A stretch of DNA of 64,000 bases from sequence record NZ_CP041325.1. One strand, written 5' to 3'. Made by a program: the position numbers and the translations under genes. Below, piece by piece: positions 36,792-48,746 of this stretch. This stretch comes from a plasmid. Within the stretch, counting starts at the first letter, position 1. Each line of letters starts with the position of its first letter. Under the pieces are notes generated by a model that was given only the letters and a program-made list of their open reading frames with translations, did no database searches and had not been told where the DNA came from.

Positions 36792-37883
36792 TTAAATGCT
36801 TGTCATCAATCCCAAGTACATCGCTAAGACACAACATAAACTCATGACTAGCGAAACGCGTGCCGGCATCTTTTGCTTGAAGCAATACACAACCAGGAAG
36901 CCGAACACGGCTGCCACGAGTAAAAATAACATACTTAACAGATTAAACCCGAACTGCAAGGTCATGGCCGAATCGATACTTCCGGAATAGAAATAATCGA
37001 AGATTTTCGAGGGGCCACTGCTCCGTAAATAGGTCTCAATGGAATGGGGCGGCTCCTGCTGCCCCAAAACCCCCGTCGCAATGAAAATCAGCAGCAAGAT
37101 AACACTTTCCGCCTTTGCCCAAGGCAGCGGGTTGATGTTGCTGCCGCGCTGCAGTTTCCGTCGGATCCAAACCCCGTTGATGAGAGCAAAGAGCAGAACC
37201 GGCAGAACCATTAAATGCTTCAGCAACAACGCTTGCCCATAAGGCATCATCCACGTTTCCTGATATTCCGTCAGTTCGACGGCCAGGGTCATGATGAAGA
37301 GGCCGGAAACGATCACCACCGCCAAACAGCTCAGGGCTACTGGCGTGTACCACTTCAAGAAGGGCAGCCAGTTCTGCTGGGACGTGGAAAACCAGCTGAC
37401 GACCAGCAACAGGCCGACCCAGACCGTGACAGCCGCAAAATGAAGGGTATGGAAAACCAGCCCGCTCCAATCGGTCAGAGAAGCGGAATGGCTCGCCCAG
37501 CCTAAGGCGACCAGCAGAACTGCCGTGAATGCCAGAGCTGCCGCAATGAAGGCCTTTCGCTCCAATACAGGAATTACAGAAACAAATAGATAGAAAAAGA
37601 GCGATACGATAATGGTCAATGTCCAGGCTTTCCCTACTGCAAATTCTCCGATCACGTTCCGAATCGTCAGCAGCAACCCAATGTCTTCATATAAAAACAG
37701 GATCACGCGAACTACGGGTGCAGCAGACAACAGGACGATCCCCAGAATCGACACCTGCAGCACCCGTTTGGATAGCTTCAGCGGCGGCTTCAGATGAGGC
37801 GGAACCAAATGGATGAGCAACGTTCCGATTAGTAGTGAAAAACAAAGATAAAGCAACGCTTCCGTTACGTATACCGCAATCAT
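36792..37883 (-). CDS. copD: CopD-family copper resistance membrane protein
   Basis: Polytopic, 363 aa. CopD-like His-containing helices. Confidence 0.65.
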   Translation of the reverse strand: MIAVYVTEALLYLCFSLLIGTLLIHLVPPHLKPPLKLSKRVLQVSILGIVLLSAAPVVRVILFLYEDIGLLLTIRNVIGEFAVGKAWTLTIIVSLFFYLFVSVIPVLERKAFIAAALAFTAVLLVALGWASHSASLTDWSGLVFHTLHFAAVTVWVGLLLVVSWFSTSQQNWLPFLKWYTPVALSCLAVVIVSGLFIMTLAVELTEYQETWMMPYGQALLLKHLMVLPVLLFALINGVWIRRKLQRGSNINPLPWAKAESVILLLIFIATGVLGQQEPPHSIETYLRSSGPSKIFDYFYSGSIDSAMTLQFGFNLLSMLFLLVAAVFGFLVVYCFKQKMPARVSLVMSLCCVLAMYLGLMTSI

Positions 37884-38414
37884 CTAGTTCGCCCTTCTCT
37901 TCGCCGTCCAGATTAAAGTACCGGCCGCCACCACGATTAGTGCCATGAGTACCAGCACTAAGGTGTATGAGGATCCCGCTTCTTCTTCTGGTTCTGCCTG
38001 CACTTCCTGCACTGTCTGTGTCGGCTCTTCTGTCACTTTTGGAACATCCGGCACTGCTGTTTCCGCTCCCGTTTTTAAAGTGAACGCATAGGCGCCTTCA
38101 ATGGGATGGCCATCTGCCCCGATAATATTCCAGTTGACTGTGTATTCTCCATCTGCCATTGCAGCCCCGAGCGTCCCAACCATTGTGTCGTTCTCGACTG
38201 AGACTCCGAGTGGAATTTCCACTCCCTCAGCATCTTTTACGGTGAAGGAGCTGGCTTTCTCTAACTCGGTATTGAATGCCAGCACCATTTCCTGCAGCTC
38301 TTCGGTCACAACCTCCCCTTCAGCGGGTGTGCTGCTTTCGAGTCCAGTATGAGCAAAAGCGCTTGGTCCAGACAGAAAGAAGACCAATAACGTCAATGCG
38401 ATAATCTTTTTCAT
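37884..38414 (-). CDS. copC: CopC-domain copper-binding protein with C-terminal TM anchor
   Basis: Signal peptide, mature N-terminal HTGLESSTPAEG (CopC H-x-x-x start). Confidence 0.7.
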   Translation of the reverse strand: MKKIIALTLLVFFLSGPSAFAHTGLESSTPAEGEVVTEELQEMVLAFNTELEKASSFTVKDAEGVEIPLGVSVENDTMVGTLGAAMADGEYTVNWNIIGADGHPIEGAYAFTLKTGAETAVPDVPKVTEEPTQTVQEVQAEPEEEAGSSYTLVLVLMALIVVAAGTLIWTAKRRAN

Positions 38415-38650
38415 GATTTTGCCTCCTTATGCTTAGAAGAAAAGATGTACTATTTAAGTTCGAAGGAGCCTTTCGGTTGTTCACTCCCTGTTCATTCTAA
38501 CAAGCAAGCTCAAACATTAAAACAACCATTTGAATATATAATTGACAATTCAGCGAAAAATTTATACACTTACATTAATCAAACGTTCGTTTGAATGTTT
38601 AATTATCAGACGGCTAATAGATAGTGCTGGTATCCACAAAGGAGTTGGTG

Positions 38651-39268
38651 ATGCTGATAGCCACGATTTTCACAGCGGTTGTCGCTTATGTTGCGACAAG
38701 CATTGATTACGTCATTATTTTGCTGATCCTTTTTTCGCAGACGTTGAAAAAAGGCCAATTAAGATCCATTGTCATTGGACAATATTTAGGAACTACCATC
38801 TTAGTGGGCGTCAGTCTGTTGGCTGCCTACGGCCTGACACTTGTCCCTCCTCATTGGGTCGGCTTGCTGGGCCTCATTCCCATCTACCTGGGCATCCGGG
38901 TCTGGAAACGAGAAGAAGAAGAGGAAGACGAAGAGAATCTTTTGTCCCGCTTGTCTTCAGGAAAGCCGAACCGTTTGTTTATCACCGTGACAGTCATTAC
39001 CTTGGCAGCTGGCGGCGATAACATCGGCGTGTACATACCGTATTTCTCAACCCTGAATCCAAGTGAGACCGTCGTGATGCTGGTCGTCTTCACCATTTTG
39101 GTCGCTGTCTTGTGTTACCTCAGTTACCGTTTGGCATCCATTAAAACAATCTCGGAAACGATCGAGAAATGGGAGCATTGGATTGTCCCCATTGTCTTTA
39201 TTGGACTCGGCATCTTGATTATGATGGAGAACGGAACCTTCCGTTTCCTTTGGGAATTGGTGAGTTAA
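38651..39268 (+). CDS. cadD: CadD-family cadmium resistance transporter
   Basis: RBS AAAGGAG. CadD-like membrane protein with acidic loop. Confidence 0.7.
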   Translation: MLIATIFTAVVAYVATSIDYVIILLILFSQTLKKGQLRSIVIGQYLGTTILVGVSLLAAYGLTLVPPHWVGLLGLIPIYLGIRVWKREEEEEDEENLLSRLSSGKPNRLFITVTVITLAAGGDNIGVYIPYFSTLNPSETVVMLVVFTILVAVLCYLSYRLASIKTISETIEKWEHWIVPIVFIGLGILIMMENGTFRFLWELVS

Positions 39269-39344
39269 GGTAATTTCCAAAGCTTTGAATGACTAGAGGA
39301 AAGTGAACTGCTGGAAGAACGAAACGAAAAAGGAGTGAAAGAAA

Positions 39345-39710
39345 TTGGCAAAAGATATTTGTGATGTGGTCTGTATAGATGAAGAAAAGGTGGAACGAGT
39401 CCAGCAACAATTGGCGGAACAGAATCCATTGGAAGTGGCGAAAATCTTCAAGGCGTTGTCGGATGATACGCGTATCAAGATTGCCTATGCCTTATCGCTG
39501 GAAGACAAACTTTGTGTGTGCGACGTGGCGAATATCATCGGCTCTTCCACCGCAACCGCCTCCTACCACCTGCGCTTGTTGAAGAATATGGGACTCGCGA
39601 AATACCGCAAGGAAGGCAAATTGGTCTACTACTCGCTGGATGACGCACATGTAAAGCACTTGGTGCAAGTGGCCTTCCTTCAACAGAAAGAGGGTGTCAC
39701 GGTTGGTTGA
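39345..39710 (+). CDS. cadC: CadC, ArsR/SmtB-family Cd/Pb/Zn-responsive repressor
   Basis: N-terminal [34 protein letters not shown]. Confidence 0.85.
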   Translation: MAKDICDVVCIDEEKVERVQQQLAEQNPLEVAKIFKALSDDTRIKIAYALSLEDKLCVCDVANIIGSSTATASYHLRLLKNMGLAKYRKEGKLVYYSLDDAHVKHLVQVAFLQQKEGVTVG

Positions 39711-42143
39711 AAAAACAAAGGAAACCGAAGACAAAACCGTTTACCGGGTTGAAGGCTTCTCGTGTGCGAACTGCGCGGGGAAATTCGAAAAGAACGTCAA
39801 GCAGATTCCTGGAGTCCAGGATGCGAAAGTGAACTTCGGAGCTTCCAAAATTGCGGTTTACGGCGCAGCGACGGTCGAGGAATTGGAAAAAGCCGGTGCC
39901 TTTGAGAACTTGAAAGTGGCACCGGAAAAACCGAAACGCCAACCGGTTCCCGAAATGAAGGTGGCAGTCGAAGACAAAAGTGTTTACCGGGTCGAGGGCT
40001 TTTCGTGCGCGAACTGCGCCGGGAAATTCGAGAAGAATGTGAAGCAGATTCCGGGCGTCCAGGATGCCAAAGTGAATTTCGGTGCATCTAAAATTTCTGT
40101 TTACGGAGCAGCGACCATCGATGAACTGGAGAAAGCCGGTGCCTTTGAAAACCTGAAGGTGGCGCCTGAAATCACCGGACGTCCAGCTATCCCGAATACC
40201 GGAACCGAAAAAGCGCCAGAACGAACAGAGAAGAAAGTGCCGTTCTACCAAAAGCATAGTGTCCTGCTCTACTCCGCCCTGCTGATCGTCTTCGGGTACG
40301 TTTCCCAATCGGTGAACGGAGAAGAAAACTTACTGACGTCCCTCCTGTTTGTGGCAGCCATTGCCATTGGCGGGTACTCGCTCTTCAAGGTCGGGTTGCA
40401 GAACTTGGTACGTCTGGATTTCGACATGAAGACCCTCATGACCGTCGCGGTCATCGGGGCAGCCTTTATCGGCGAATGGGCGGAAGCGTCCATCGTGGTC
40501 ATCCTCTTTGCGATCAGTGAAGCACTGGAACGCTATTCGATGGACCGGGCCCGGCAATCCATCCGTTCGTTGATGGACATTGCGCCGAAAGAGGCACTGG
40601 TCCGGCGGAATGGCCAGGAACTTCTAATCTCGGTGGACGACATTGTGGTGGGCGACACCATGATTGTCAGACCCGGCCAGAAGATTGCAATGGATGGCAC
40701 GGTGACTAACGGCTATTCGGCGGTCAATCAGGCAGCAATTACCGGTGAATCCGTGCCGGTTGCCAAGACCGTGAACGATGACGTCTTCGCCGGCACGCTG
40801 AACGAAGAAGGCTTGCTGGAAGTCCAAATCACCAAACTGGTCGAAGACACGACCATCGCAAAAATCATTCATCTGGTCGAGGGAAGCGCAGGGCGAACGC
40901 GCCCCATCACAGGCATTTGTCGACAAGTTCGCGAAATACTACACACCGATCATCATGGCAGTAGCTGCACTCGTGGCCATTGTTCCGCCTCTTCTGTTTG
41001 ATGCCAGCTGGGAAACCTGGGTTTATCAAGGATTAGCTGTTTTAGTGGTAGGTTGTCCGTGTGCGTTGGTTATTTCGACACCGATTTCAATCGTATCGGC
41101 CATCGGGAACGCAGCGAAAAAAGGCGTGCTAATCAAAGGCGGCGTCTACTTGGAGGAAATGGGTGCACTGAAGGCCATCGCGTTTGATAAGACCGGTACC
41201 CTGACTAAAGGAGTTCCGGTTGTAACGGATTTTGAAGTTATAAACAAACAAATAAACGAAAAAGAGCTGCTTTCCATCGTGACAGCGCTGGAGTACCGCT
41301 CGCAGCATCCCCTTGCCTCCGCCATCATGAAAAAAAGCGGACGAGGAAAATATCCCTTATACCTCTGTCTTAGTCGAAGAGTTCTCTTCCATCACCGGCA
41401 AAGGAATTAAAGGAACTGTCGAAGGAATTACGTACTACATCGGCAGCCCGACCCTCTTTACCGAGTTGGGCGCCGCAAGTACGGATAAGAACTTGGAACA
41501 AAATGTCACAGCTCTTCAAAATCAGGGCAAGACGGCCATGATCATCGGAACGGAACAAAACATCCTGGCGGTCATCGCCGTGGCCGATGAAGTCCGGGAC
41601 TCCAGCAAGGAAGTCATCCAGAAGCTGCACGACATGGGCATCAAGAAGACGATCATGCTGACGGGCGACAACAAAGCGACCGGTCAGGCCATCGGCCGAA
41701 AGGTCGGTGTCACGGAAATCCAGGCCGAGCTGATGCCGGAAGACAAATTGAATGTCATCAAACGCTTACGGGCCGAGTACGGCAAGGTGGCGATGATTGG
41801 AGACGGCGTGAACGACGCGCCGGCACTCGCCGCTTCTACCGTCGGGATTGCCATGGGCGGTGCTGGAACCGATACGGCTTTGGAAACGGCAGATGTCGCT
41901 TTGATGGGCGACGATTTGAGCAAGCTGCCATTCACGGTGAAACTCAGCCGGAAATCCCTGAATATCATCAAAGCGAACATTACGTTCGCCATCGGCATCA
42001 AAGTGATTGCGCTGCTGTTGGTCATTCCGGGCTGGCTGACCCTGTGGATCGCCATCATGTCGGATATGGGTGCTACTCTCCTGGTCGCCCTCAACAGTTT
42101 ACGGCTGATGCGCGTAAAGAATAAAGAAACAGCGTGCACCTGA
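39694..42143 (+). CDS. cadA: cadmium/zinc P1B-type ATPase CadA with two tandem N-terminal HMA domains, two frameshifts (~40900, ~41390)
   Basis: 2x [21 protein letters not shown] ([12 protein letters not shown]), [17 protein letters not shown]. Confidence 0.85.
39731..40210 (+). repeat. two ~240-bp tandem direct repeats (~85% identical) encoding duplicated HMA domains of cadA
   Basis: [41 protein letters not shown][A/S]VYGAAT[V/I][E/D][16 protein letters not shown] occurs twice. Confidence 0.8.
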
Positions 42144-42165
42144 AAAGATGCACGCTGTTTTTGCA
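42126..42165. terminator. rho-independent terminator after cadA
   Basis: AACAGCGTGCA-loop-TGCACGCTGTTTTTG. Confidence 0.7.
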
Positions 42166-42171
42166 TTTCTA

Positions 42172-43588
42172 TTAGAAGAAATTCATCGGGTTTACGGCGT
42201 TTGAACGAGCTCCGTTCCACGAGCCGATGTGTACTTCAAAGTGAAGGTGAGGCCCGGTCGAACGGCCTGTACTGCCGACCAGTCCAACCGTTTGACCTTG
42301 TGAAATTGCTTGGCCAGCTGAGACTTTAATGGCACTCATATGAGCGTAAACTGTCGCATAGGATTGACCATTGATGGAATGCGTCAAGATGACGACATTT
42401 CCGTAGCCGCCCATTGCTCCTGCATAAGAAACATAACCAGAGGCTGCTGCAGAAATTGGCGTGCCGGTTACATTGGCAATATCTTGGCCAAGATGCGATT
42501 CTGCCCCTGCTCCAATATCACGTCCACCAAATCCAGATGAATAACGACCAGATACGGGACGGATAAACATCGCGTTTGATGAAGGCGCCGCTACAGCTTC
42601 TTTCGGAGCACTTACAGCTGCACGTTCAACTTTTGGCGTGCTCACAGATTCTGCCTTAGCAGAAGAAGCCTTGGCACTTCTGGCAGCTTCCGCTTCACGG
42701 GCTGCTTGAGCGCGCGCTTCTTCTCTTGCTGCTGCTTCTGCCCGCGCTTCTGCGGCAGCTTTCTCAGCGGCTAGTTTCCGTTGACGTTCTTCTTCCGCTT
42801 TTCTCGCAATTTCAGCCAAGCGGGCCTGTTCGTTGGCGATTTGTTGCTCCAAATCCGCACTAATTTCGATGACTTCGTTGCGTTGATTTTCCAAGCTGCC
42901 TTTTTCTGCCGCTAAGCGTTGCTGTTCCGCTTCCAGATTCTGAACCAATCCAGCCTGTTCTTTCTTCTGACCATCTAAGGAAGCTTTTAACCCGACAAGT
43001 TCCGAACGACGTGATTCCTGTTCGGCCAGTTTGGTTTCCACTTGCGCTTTTTGCTCGGCCAATAATTCTTTGTCGGCCGCCTGGTCGCGCATGATTTCCC
43101 GGTCTGCTTCAATCAATGTATTGACAGCCGAGAACCGGTCAATGAAATCGATAAAGCTATTGGCTCCAAGCAAGACGTCAACGTAATCCACGGAACCGCC
43201 ACTTAACTGAATGGCACGCGCACGTTCTTCCAAGAGATCTTCACGTTCGGCAATTTTTCGTTCCAGTTCTTCAATCGATTTTTCTCAATTCATCGATTTC
43301 GACTTTTGTCTGATCGATTTGAGCTTGAACATTGTTGATTTTGGCTTGGGTATCATTGATTTGGGTATTCAGATCCGCTATTTTCGCCGCCAGCTGTTCC
43401 AGCTTGGAAGCGTTTTGATTGATCTGCCCAGCTTTTTCATTGATGCCGGAATTCAATTCACTTTGCTGCTGTTGTGCTTCTTGCTGTTTTTGTTCCAATT
43501 CGCTTAATTTATCCGCATTCGCTGTTGGCACTAAAATTGACAAGGCCAAGACAGTGGATAAACCGGTTACCATCCATTTCGAAATCAA
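42172..43588 (-). CDS. secreted M23-family peptidoglycan metalloendopeptidase with long N-terminal coiled coil and Ala/Glu/Arg-rich linker, one frameshift ~43250
   Basis: Signal peptide. C-terminal HLHFEVHIG and GxxGxTG M23 motifs. Confidence 0.75.
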
Positions 43589-43953
43589 GTACTTGTTCCC
43601 CTTCCAGAATCTTTCTACTGTTTTGCTATGTATTAGTTGGATTAAGCTCCAAGTCGATTGCTCGGTGAAGCTAAAAATTTGTCTAGGTTATGTGATTCTA
43701 CATTTTGTCGAATTATGTTTCCTTAAAAAATCCGACTTGCTTAGTATACCAGCTAAACATTTAGTTCCTGTTACATTTATATTTCATTTTATTCTAGCAA
43801 CGAAATATTTGTGTTTTAATTTTACAATTCCGATTGCTCTACTAATACGCTTTTTATTAAGGTTACCTACTTAATTTCTTTTACCCAGAAGATGACTGGA
43901 AGGAAAAATAAGGAGCATGCAGAAATTAAAAACTGACAGGGGGGCAGAGTGTA

Positions 43954-44577
43954 TTGAATAACTACTGGAATAAAATCATTTATAAATTATGGTCCCCGGT
44001 CTACGATATATTCTTCAACGCGGGGCCCTTTCTGGCTGCACGGAAAAACGTGTTCCATGGAATAACCATCAATCATCAACAACAAGTTTTGGTGGTCGGT
44101 GTCGGAACGGGAGCTGATTTAGAACTGTTGGATCTGGATGGAATGGAGATTACCGCCATAGACTACTCGGAAGATATGCTCAATCAAGCCCGAAAGAAGT
44201 TTAAAGACTCCTCCATTCAATTCATAGAAATGGATGCCCAACAAATGACATTCGCTGACAACCAATTTGATGTGGTCATCGGAAGTTTGATTCTTTCCGT
44301 GGTTCCCCATGCAGAAGATTGTTTTAAGGAAATGGAAAGAGTGTTGAAGCCTGGTGGAGAAATACTGCTCTTTGATAAGTTCCTTCCTAGAGAAAAAAAG
44401 CTCTCACTTCCTAAAAAAATGATTCGACCCGCCATTAAATTATTAGGAACCGATATTGGCTTAGACTTTGATAGATTGGTCGAAAATAATAATGGAACCT
44501 TACTTGTTAAAGAAGATGTCCCGGTCCTGTTCAATGGAATGTATAGAAAGATTGTTCTCAGCAAACAACGTATTTAA
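43954..44577 (+). CDS. class I SAM-dependent methyltransferase
   Basis: VLVVGVGTGADLELL (motif I), LKPGGEILLFD. Confidence 0.65.
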   Translation: MNNYWNKIIYKLWSPVYDIFFNAGPFLAARKNVFHGITINHQQQVLVVGVGTGADLELLDLDGMEITAIDYSEDMLNQARKKFKDSSIQFIEMDAQQMTFADNQFDVVIGSLILSVVPHAEDCFKEMERVLKPGGEILLFDKFLPREKKLSLPKKMIRPAIKLLGTDIGLDFDRLVENNNGTLLVKEDVPVLFNGMYRKIVLSKQRI

Positions 44578-44782
44578 GGGGTTCATAAAAATATACTTAC
44601 CTATATTATATGGAAGGTATTTAATCTATCTTGATAAGGACGGACTATCAACCGTGTTAAGTTAGAATTTATACAGGACTTAGCTTGACATTCCTTCACA
44701 TTCTTCCTTATAATCAATATATGAACATATGCTCATATATTGATATTTGTTTTATCCATTCTATTGGAGGTGTCTACCAACA

Positions 44783-45116
44783 TGACGCAGGAGTTTGAAA
44801 AAGAAGTAGGTTATATGGAAAACGAACATCCGTTGGATGAAGAAACCCTTTTGTCGTCTCTCAAACATTCAAGGCATTGAGCGATCCGACCCGTATCCGT
44901 ATCTTGAATTTGCTTTGTTCCGCGGAACACTCGGTGAACGAATTGGCTGAACGATTGGATTTGGGCCAGTCTACCGTGTCGCACCAATTGCGTTTTTTGA
45001 AGCAGTTGCGACTGGTGAAATACAGAAGAGCTGGGACCACTTTATACTATTCAAAAGACGACGACCACATCATGAACCTGTTGAAACAAGCCATTGAGCA
45101 CGCTGCGCATCATTGA
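44783..45116 (+). CDS. czrA: ArsR/SmtB-family metalloregulator (CzrA-like), one frameshift ~44870
   Basis: [14 protein letters not shown]...[11 protein letters not shown]-terminal HxxxH. Confidence 0.7.
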
Positions 45117-45190
45117 GAACAAAATTGGAAAATGTCTAAAAGCATGAATGGCTTTATAAGGAAGAATAATTTTGAAAGGAGGAGTTGAAA

Positions 45191-46153
45191 TGGCACATGA
45201 TCACAATCATGACCACACGCACGGAGCAAACAAAAAGGTGCTGTTCATTTCTTTTTTAATCATTACAAGTTACATGATTATCGAGGCCATCGGAGGTTTT
45301 TCTCACCAATAGTTTGGCGCTTTTAGCGGATGCCGGCCATATGCTGAGCGATTCCATTTCACTGGCGATTGCCCTCATTGCCTTCAAACTGGCTGAAAAA
45401 GTGGCGAACTACAGCAAAACCTATGGCTACAAACGGTTTGAAATTATCGCCGCGGTCATCAACGGTGCCACATTGATTGGCGTGGCCCTTTATATCTTTT
45501 ATGAAGCCATTGACCGGTTTGCTAACCCACCAGAAGTAGCAACGACCGGCATGCTCATTATCAGCGTCTTTGGATTACTGGTTAACATCCTGGTCGCTTG
45601 GATTATGATGCGCGGTGGAGATACAGAAGATAACTTGAATATGCGTGGAGCGTATTTGCATGTACTGAGTGACATGCTGGGATCAATCGGCGCCATTGCG
45701 GCCGCCTTGCTCATCATGTTTTTTGGCTGGGGATGGGCGGATCCCGCAGCAAGTGTAATCGTGGCAGTCCTCGTCCTACGAAGCGGGTACTATGTAACGA
45801 AGGCTTCTCTTCATGTGCTAATGGAGGGAACGCCTCAAAACATTGATGTAGAGGACGTCCTACAGACCATTAAAAAGACAGAGGGAATCCAAGGTGTTCA
45901 CGATTTGCACATTTGGTCGATCACCAGTGGACTCAATGCCTTGTCGTGCCATGCGGTTGTAAATGATCAGCTCACCATCGCTGAGAGTGAAAGTATGCTG
46001 CACCGGATTGAACACGATTTGACGCATAAAGGAATTACGCATGTCACAATCCAGCTGGAAACCAGTGCCCATGAACATGATGAGTCCATTCTTTGTACGG
46101 CAAAAATGAACCTTCACACGATCATCACCATTAGGATGAACAGTTGTAGTTAA
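45191..46153 (+). CDS. czcD: cation diffusion facilitator CzcD (Zn/Cd/Co efflux), one frameshift ~45300
   Basis: N-term HDHNHDHTHG. LADAGHMLSD, HVLSDMLGS. Confidence 0.8.
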
Positions 46154-46283
46154 ATCTTTATAGTTTTGTGATGCAAGAAATTCATTTTTTCGTTTGGTAA
46201 GTAATTTAATATATTTCATAGTTGATTGTCTGTTACTTTTCTTTTGAAAGTTAGACTTCAATAAAAATTAAAATGTGAAAAAA

Positions 46284-46318
46284 AGAGAAGAAGGTCAACC
46301 GGCCTCTTCTCTTTCTTA
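46284..46318. terminator. terminator after czcD
   Basis: GAGAAGAAGG-loop-CCTCTTCTC + T-rich. Confidence 0.5.
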
Positions 46319-46394
46319 AATCTATTGTCTCTTTTCAGCTACCGTTGTTAAAAAGGGTATATTCTGGAGCGGCAGTCAAAAAACAGGCTTTCCT

Positions 46395-46688
46395 TTAATT
46401 TTTCCATAATCCAATCATGCCTCTTCGGCGATAAATCACCTTTTCACGTTCGAGAACCTCGAGTATTTTAACAAGCATATAAGAAGGAATACTTAAATCA
46501 AAAGCTATCTCTTTGACTGTCTTAACCAAAACTCCATCTGCCGTAGAATTCTTCAGGAAGTATTTCGTAAATCTCTCCCCATTTTTGATGATTTCCTTGC
46601 TTTCTTCAGCCAAACAATTCCGTGCCTCCTCTACCATTCTTGGCTCTATAGACAACTTCGTGTGCTCGTATCGATATTTCGAAAACAT
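46395..46688 (-). CDS. hypothetical putative wHTH DNA-binding protein (97 aa)
   Basis: Intact ORF. C-terminal helix-turn-helix-like segment. Confidence 0.25.
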   Translation of the reverse strand: MFSKYRYEHTKLSIEPRMVEEARNCLAEESKEIIKNGERFTKYFLKNSTADGVLVKTVKEIAFDLSIPSYMLVKILEVLEREKVIYRRRGMIGLWKN

Positions 46689-47322
46689 TTAGAAACCTCC
46701 TCTCCTCCTTGAATCGCACAAATCATCAAAAGGTAAAATTTTTAAGGAGCTTGGCTTAGTTCCAGAAGGATAATTTTCTTATGTAAGATAACAGACCGAC
46801 TATTTTAAGCTTTAATTCAGCAACTTGAGCACAAGCATAGGTATAAAAGGTTTTCTATGATTATCTAGTTAATATTCTATCGGTTGAACGTTTTGAAAAT
46901 CTATCTTCTCTAAATTATACAATGAGTATTTAGTTGAGAGTATAGTAATTAAAGTGTTCGTAGAATCACGCTGACGTAAAAAAACTTCACGAGAAGCTCT
47001 TTTTCTGCCAATATTCTGATGGTACGTAAACGTACTTTTAGAGAAAACATAGAAAAAGCGCCTAAAATGAATTCTCTTAGGCGCTTCTTCTATAAATGAA
47101 TTTTTATCTTTCCTCACTCGAAGACTGCACGGCCAACTGAAAATTTTCGTAGCTCTCCGGTCCAAACTTTTCCGGATCCCCCCTGGAAAAAGGTTGCCAG
47201 CATGAAATCCCGTGCGCAATCGACGTCACATTCCTGTGAGTTCATAACAAGGGATAAATAAGAACGGAAATAGTCGGGCTGCAAACACCCTCCGTGATTT
47301 ATGGTCATCTTTCACCGCTCCT

Positions 47323-48682
47323 TTAGCAGCAGCCTGAACTACCAGCTGCAACCGGTTGTGTGCCGTTCGGTGAAAGGTTGACGCTGCAGACACCGGTTTC
47401 CGGCAGATCCAATTCCACGTTCTGGGCGGCCTCGAAATCTCCCGTGAGGTACGCCACGACGGAACGGACCTGTTCATATCCGGTGGCCATCAGGAACGTT
47501 GGCGCCCGGCCGTAGCTCTTCATGCCGACGATGTAGAAATTCTTTTCGGGCTGCCGCAGTTCCCGTTCGCCGTGCGGGCGGACTGTGCCGCAGCTGTGAA
47601 GGTTCGGGTCAATCAGCGGCGCCAGTGCATCCACACTTTCGGTGGCCGGATCGATGCTGAGGCGCACTTCGCGCAGGAATGAAAAGTCCGGTTGACTGCC
47701 AGTATTGACGATCACTTCATCGAATCCCTCAATCGAATGGTTCGCTTCCTTCCATTCCCCTTCCAGCGTCAACGTTTCCCCGTTTCGGTTCACGTCATAA
47801 ATCCGATAAGGTGTGTACACGTCCACTTGGCCTGAATCCACCAGCTGATGAATCCGGGAACCCAGTTCGCCCCGTGCTTGAAGCGCATCGTTCGCTTCTC
47901 CGCCATAAGCGTCTTCCACGTTGTTCTTGCGCAGAATCCACGTGATTTTCGAATCGGGCAGTTCGGCCAGTTCCAGGATGGTATTGATGGCGGAATGGCC
48001 GCCGCCTACCACCGCAATCTGCTTTCCGGTGAACCGTTCACGATCCTTTCCTTGAACATCCGGGATGCCGTAATAGATGTGCTGACTCAGCTTCTCTTCG
48101 TTTTTTCGTCGTTATGCCGCCGGCACTCAACGAGTTCGGCTGTCCCCAAGTTCCCGTAGCGTCGATGATGGCTTTCGCTTCGATGCGCTGGGTCGTTTCT
48201 CCGTTTTCTTCTAGATAAAGGACAAACGGCAGATTTCCCCGGCCAGCGGTCTTCATTTTGTCTTGGCCTTTTCGGCTGATGCCCAGTACCCGGGTATGGA
48301 GCTGGATAAAGGGCTGAATGGCTGGCAGCTCTGCCAGTTTCATCAAATACTGGTCGACCAACTCCTTGCCTGTCGGCAGCTCTTCGTCCGAAGGCGCTTC
48401 CCACCCCGATTGTTCCAACAATTCCCGGGCGACTTTGTCGATGTTGTACTGCCAAGGGGAAAACAGGCGAACGTGTCCCCACTGCGATACGTGATGGCCG
48501 ATGGAGGTCCCTGCTTCGAGCACCCGGAACTTCTCTCCGGCTTTCGCCAGATGCGCGGCCGTGGCCAATCCAACCGGACCGGCCCCAATGATGACAATCG
48601 GCAACGCATTCGTTTCTTTTTTCGGTAAGTCAAACTGGATGGGAAATGCCTTCGGTGAACAACAAGCTGCTTGCGTGTTCAT
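47323..48682 (-). CDS. FAD/NAD(P)-binding oxidoreductase (flavin monooxygenase/disulfide reductase-like), about 2 frameshifts
   Basis: IVIIGAGPVGLATA (GxGxxG). Second Rossmann IAVVGGGHSAIN. C-terminal CC. Confidence 0.6.
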
Positions 48683-48746
48683 ATAACTTCCTCCTTTGGT
48701 CGTTCTATAATAAAACTTGATTTTTGCAAGTATTAATTCCGTTCAT

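Noticed and set aside
37036-37470. 144-aa minus-strand ORF inside copD
   Set aside because: Alternative frame of the copD coding region. Gly/Ala/Arg-rich, no support.
39731-40210. Possible CRISPR-like or non-coding tandem repeat
   Set aside because: Only two long (240 bp) coding repeats with no spacer/repeat periodicity. It is an in-frame HMA-domain duplication. No CRISPR arrays were seen anywhere in the window.
39697-40308. 203-aa minus-strand ORF
   Set aside because: Antisense to cadA HMA repeats. Its apparent internal repeat merely mirrors the cadA duplication.
45860-46261. 133-aa minus-strand ORF
   Set aside because: Antisense to czcD, no conserved features.
46869-47308. 116-aa and 64-aa minus-strand ORFs in the 630-bp gap upstream of the FAD oxidoreductase
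   Set aside because: No RBS, no similarity, and they overlap the oxidoreductase 3' end. Likely non-coding.
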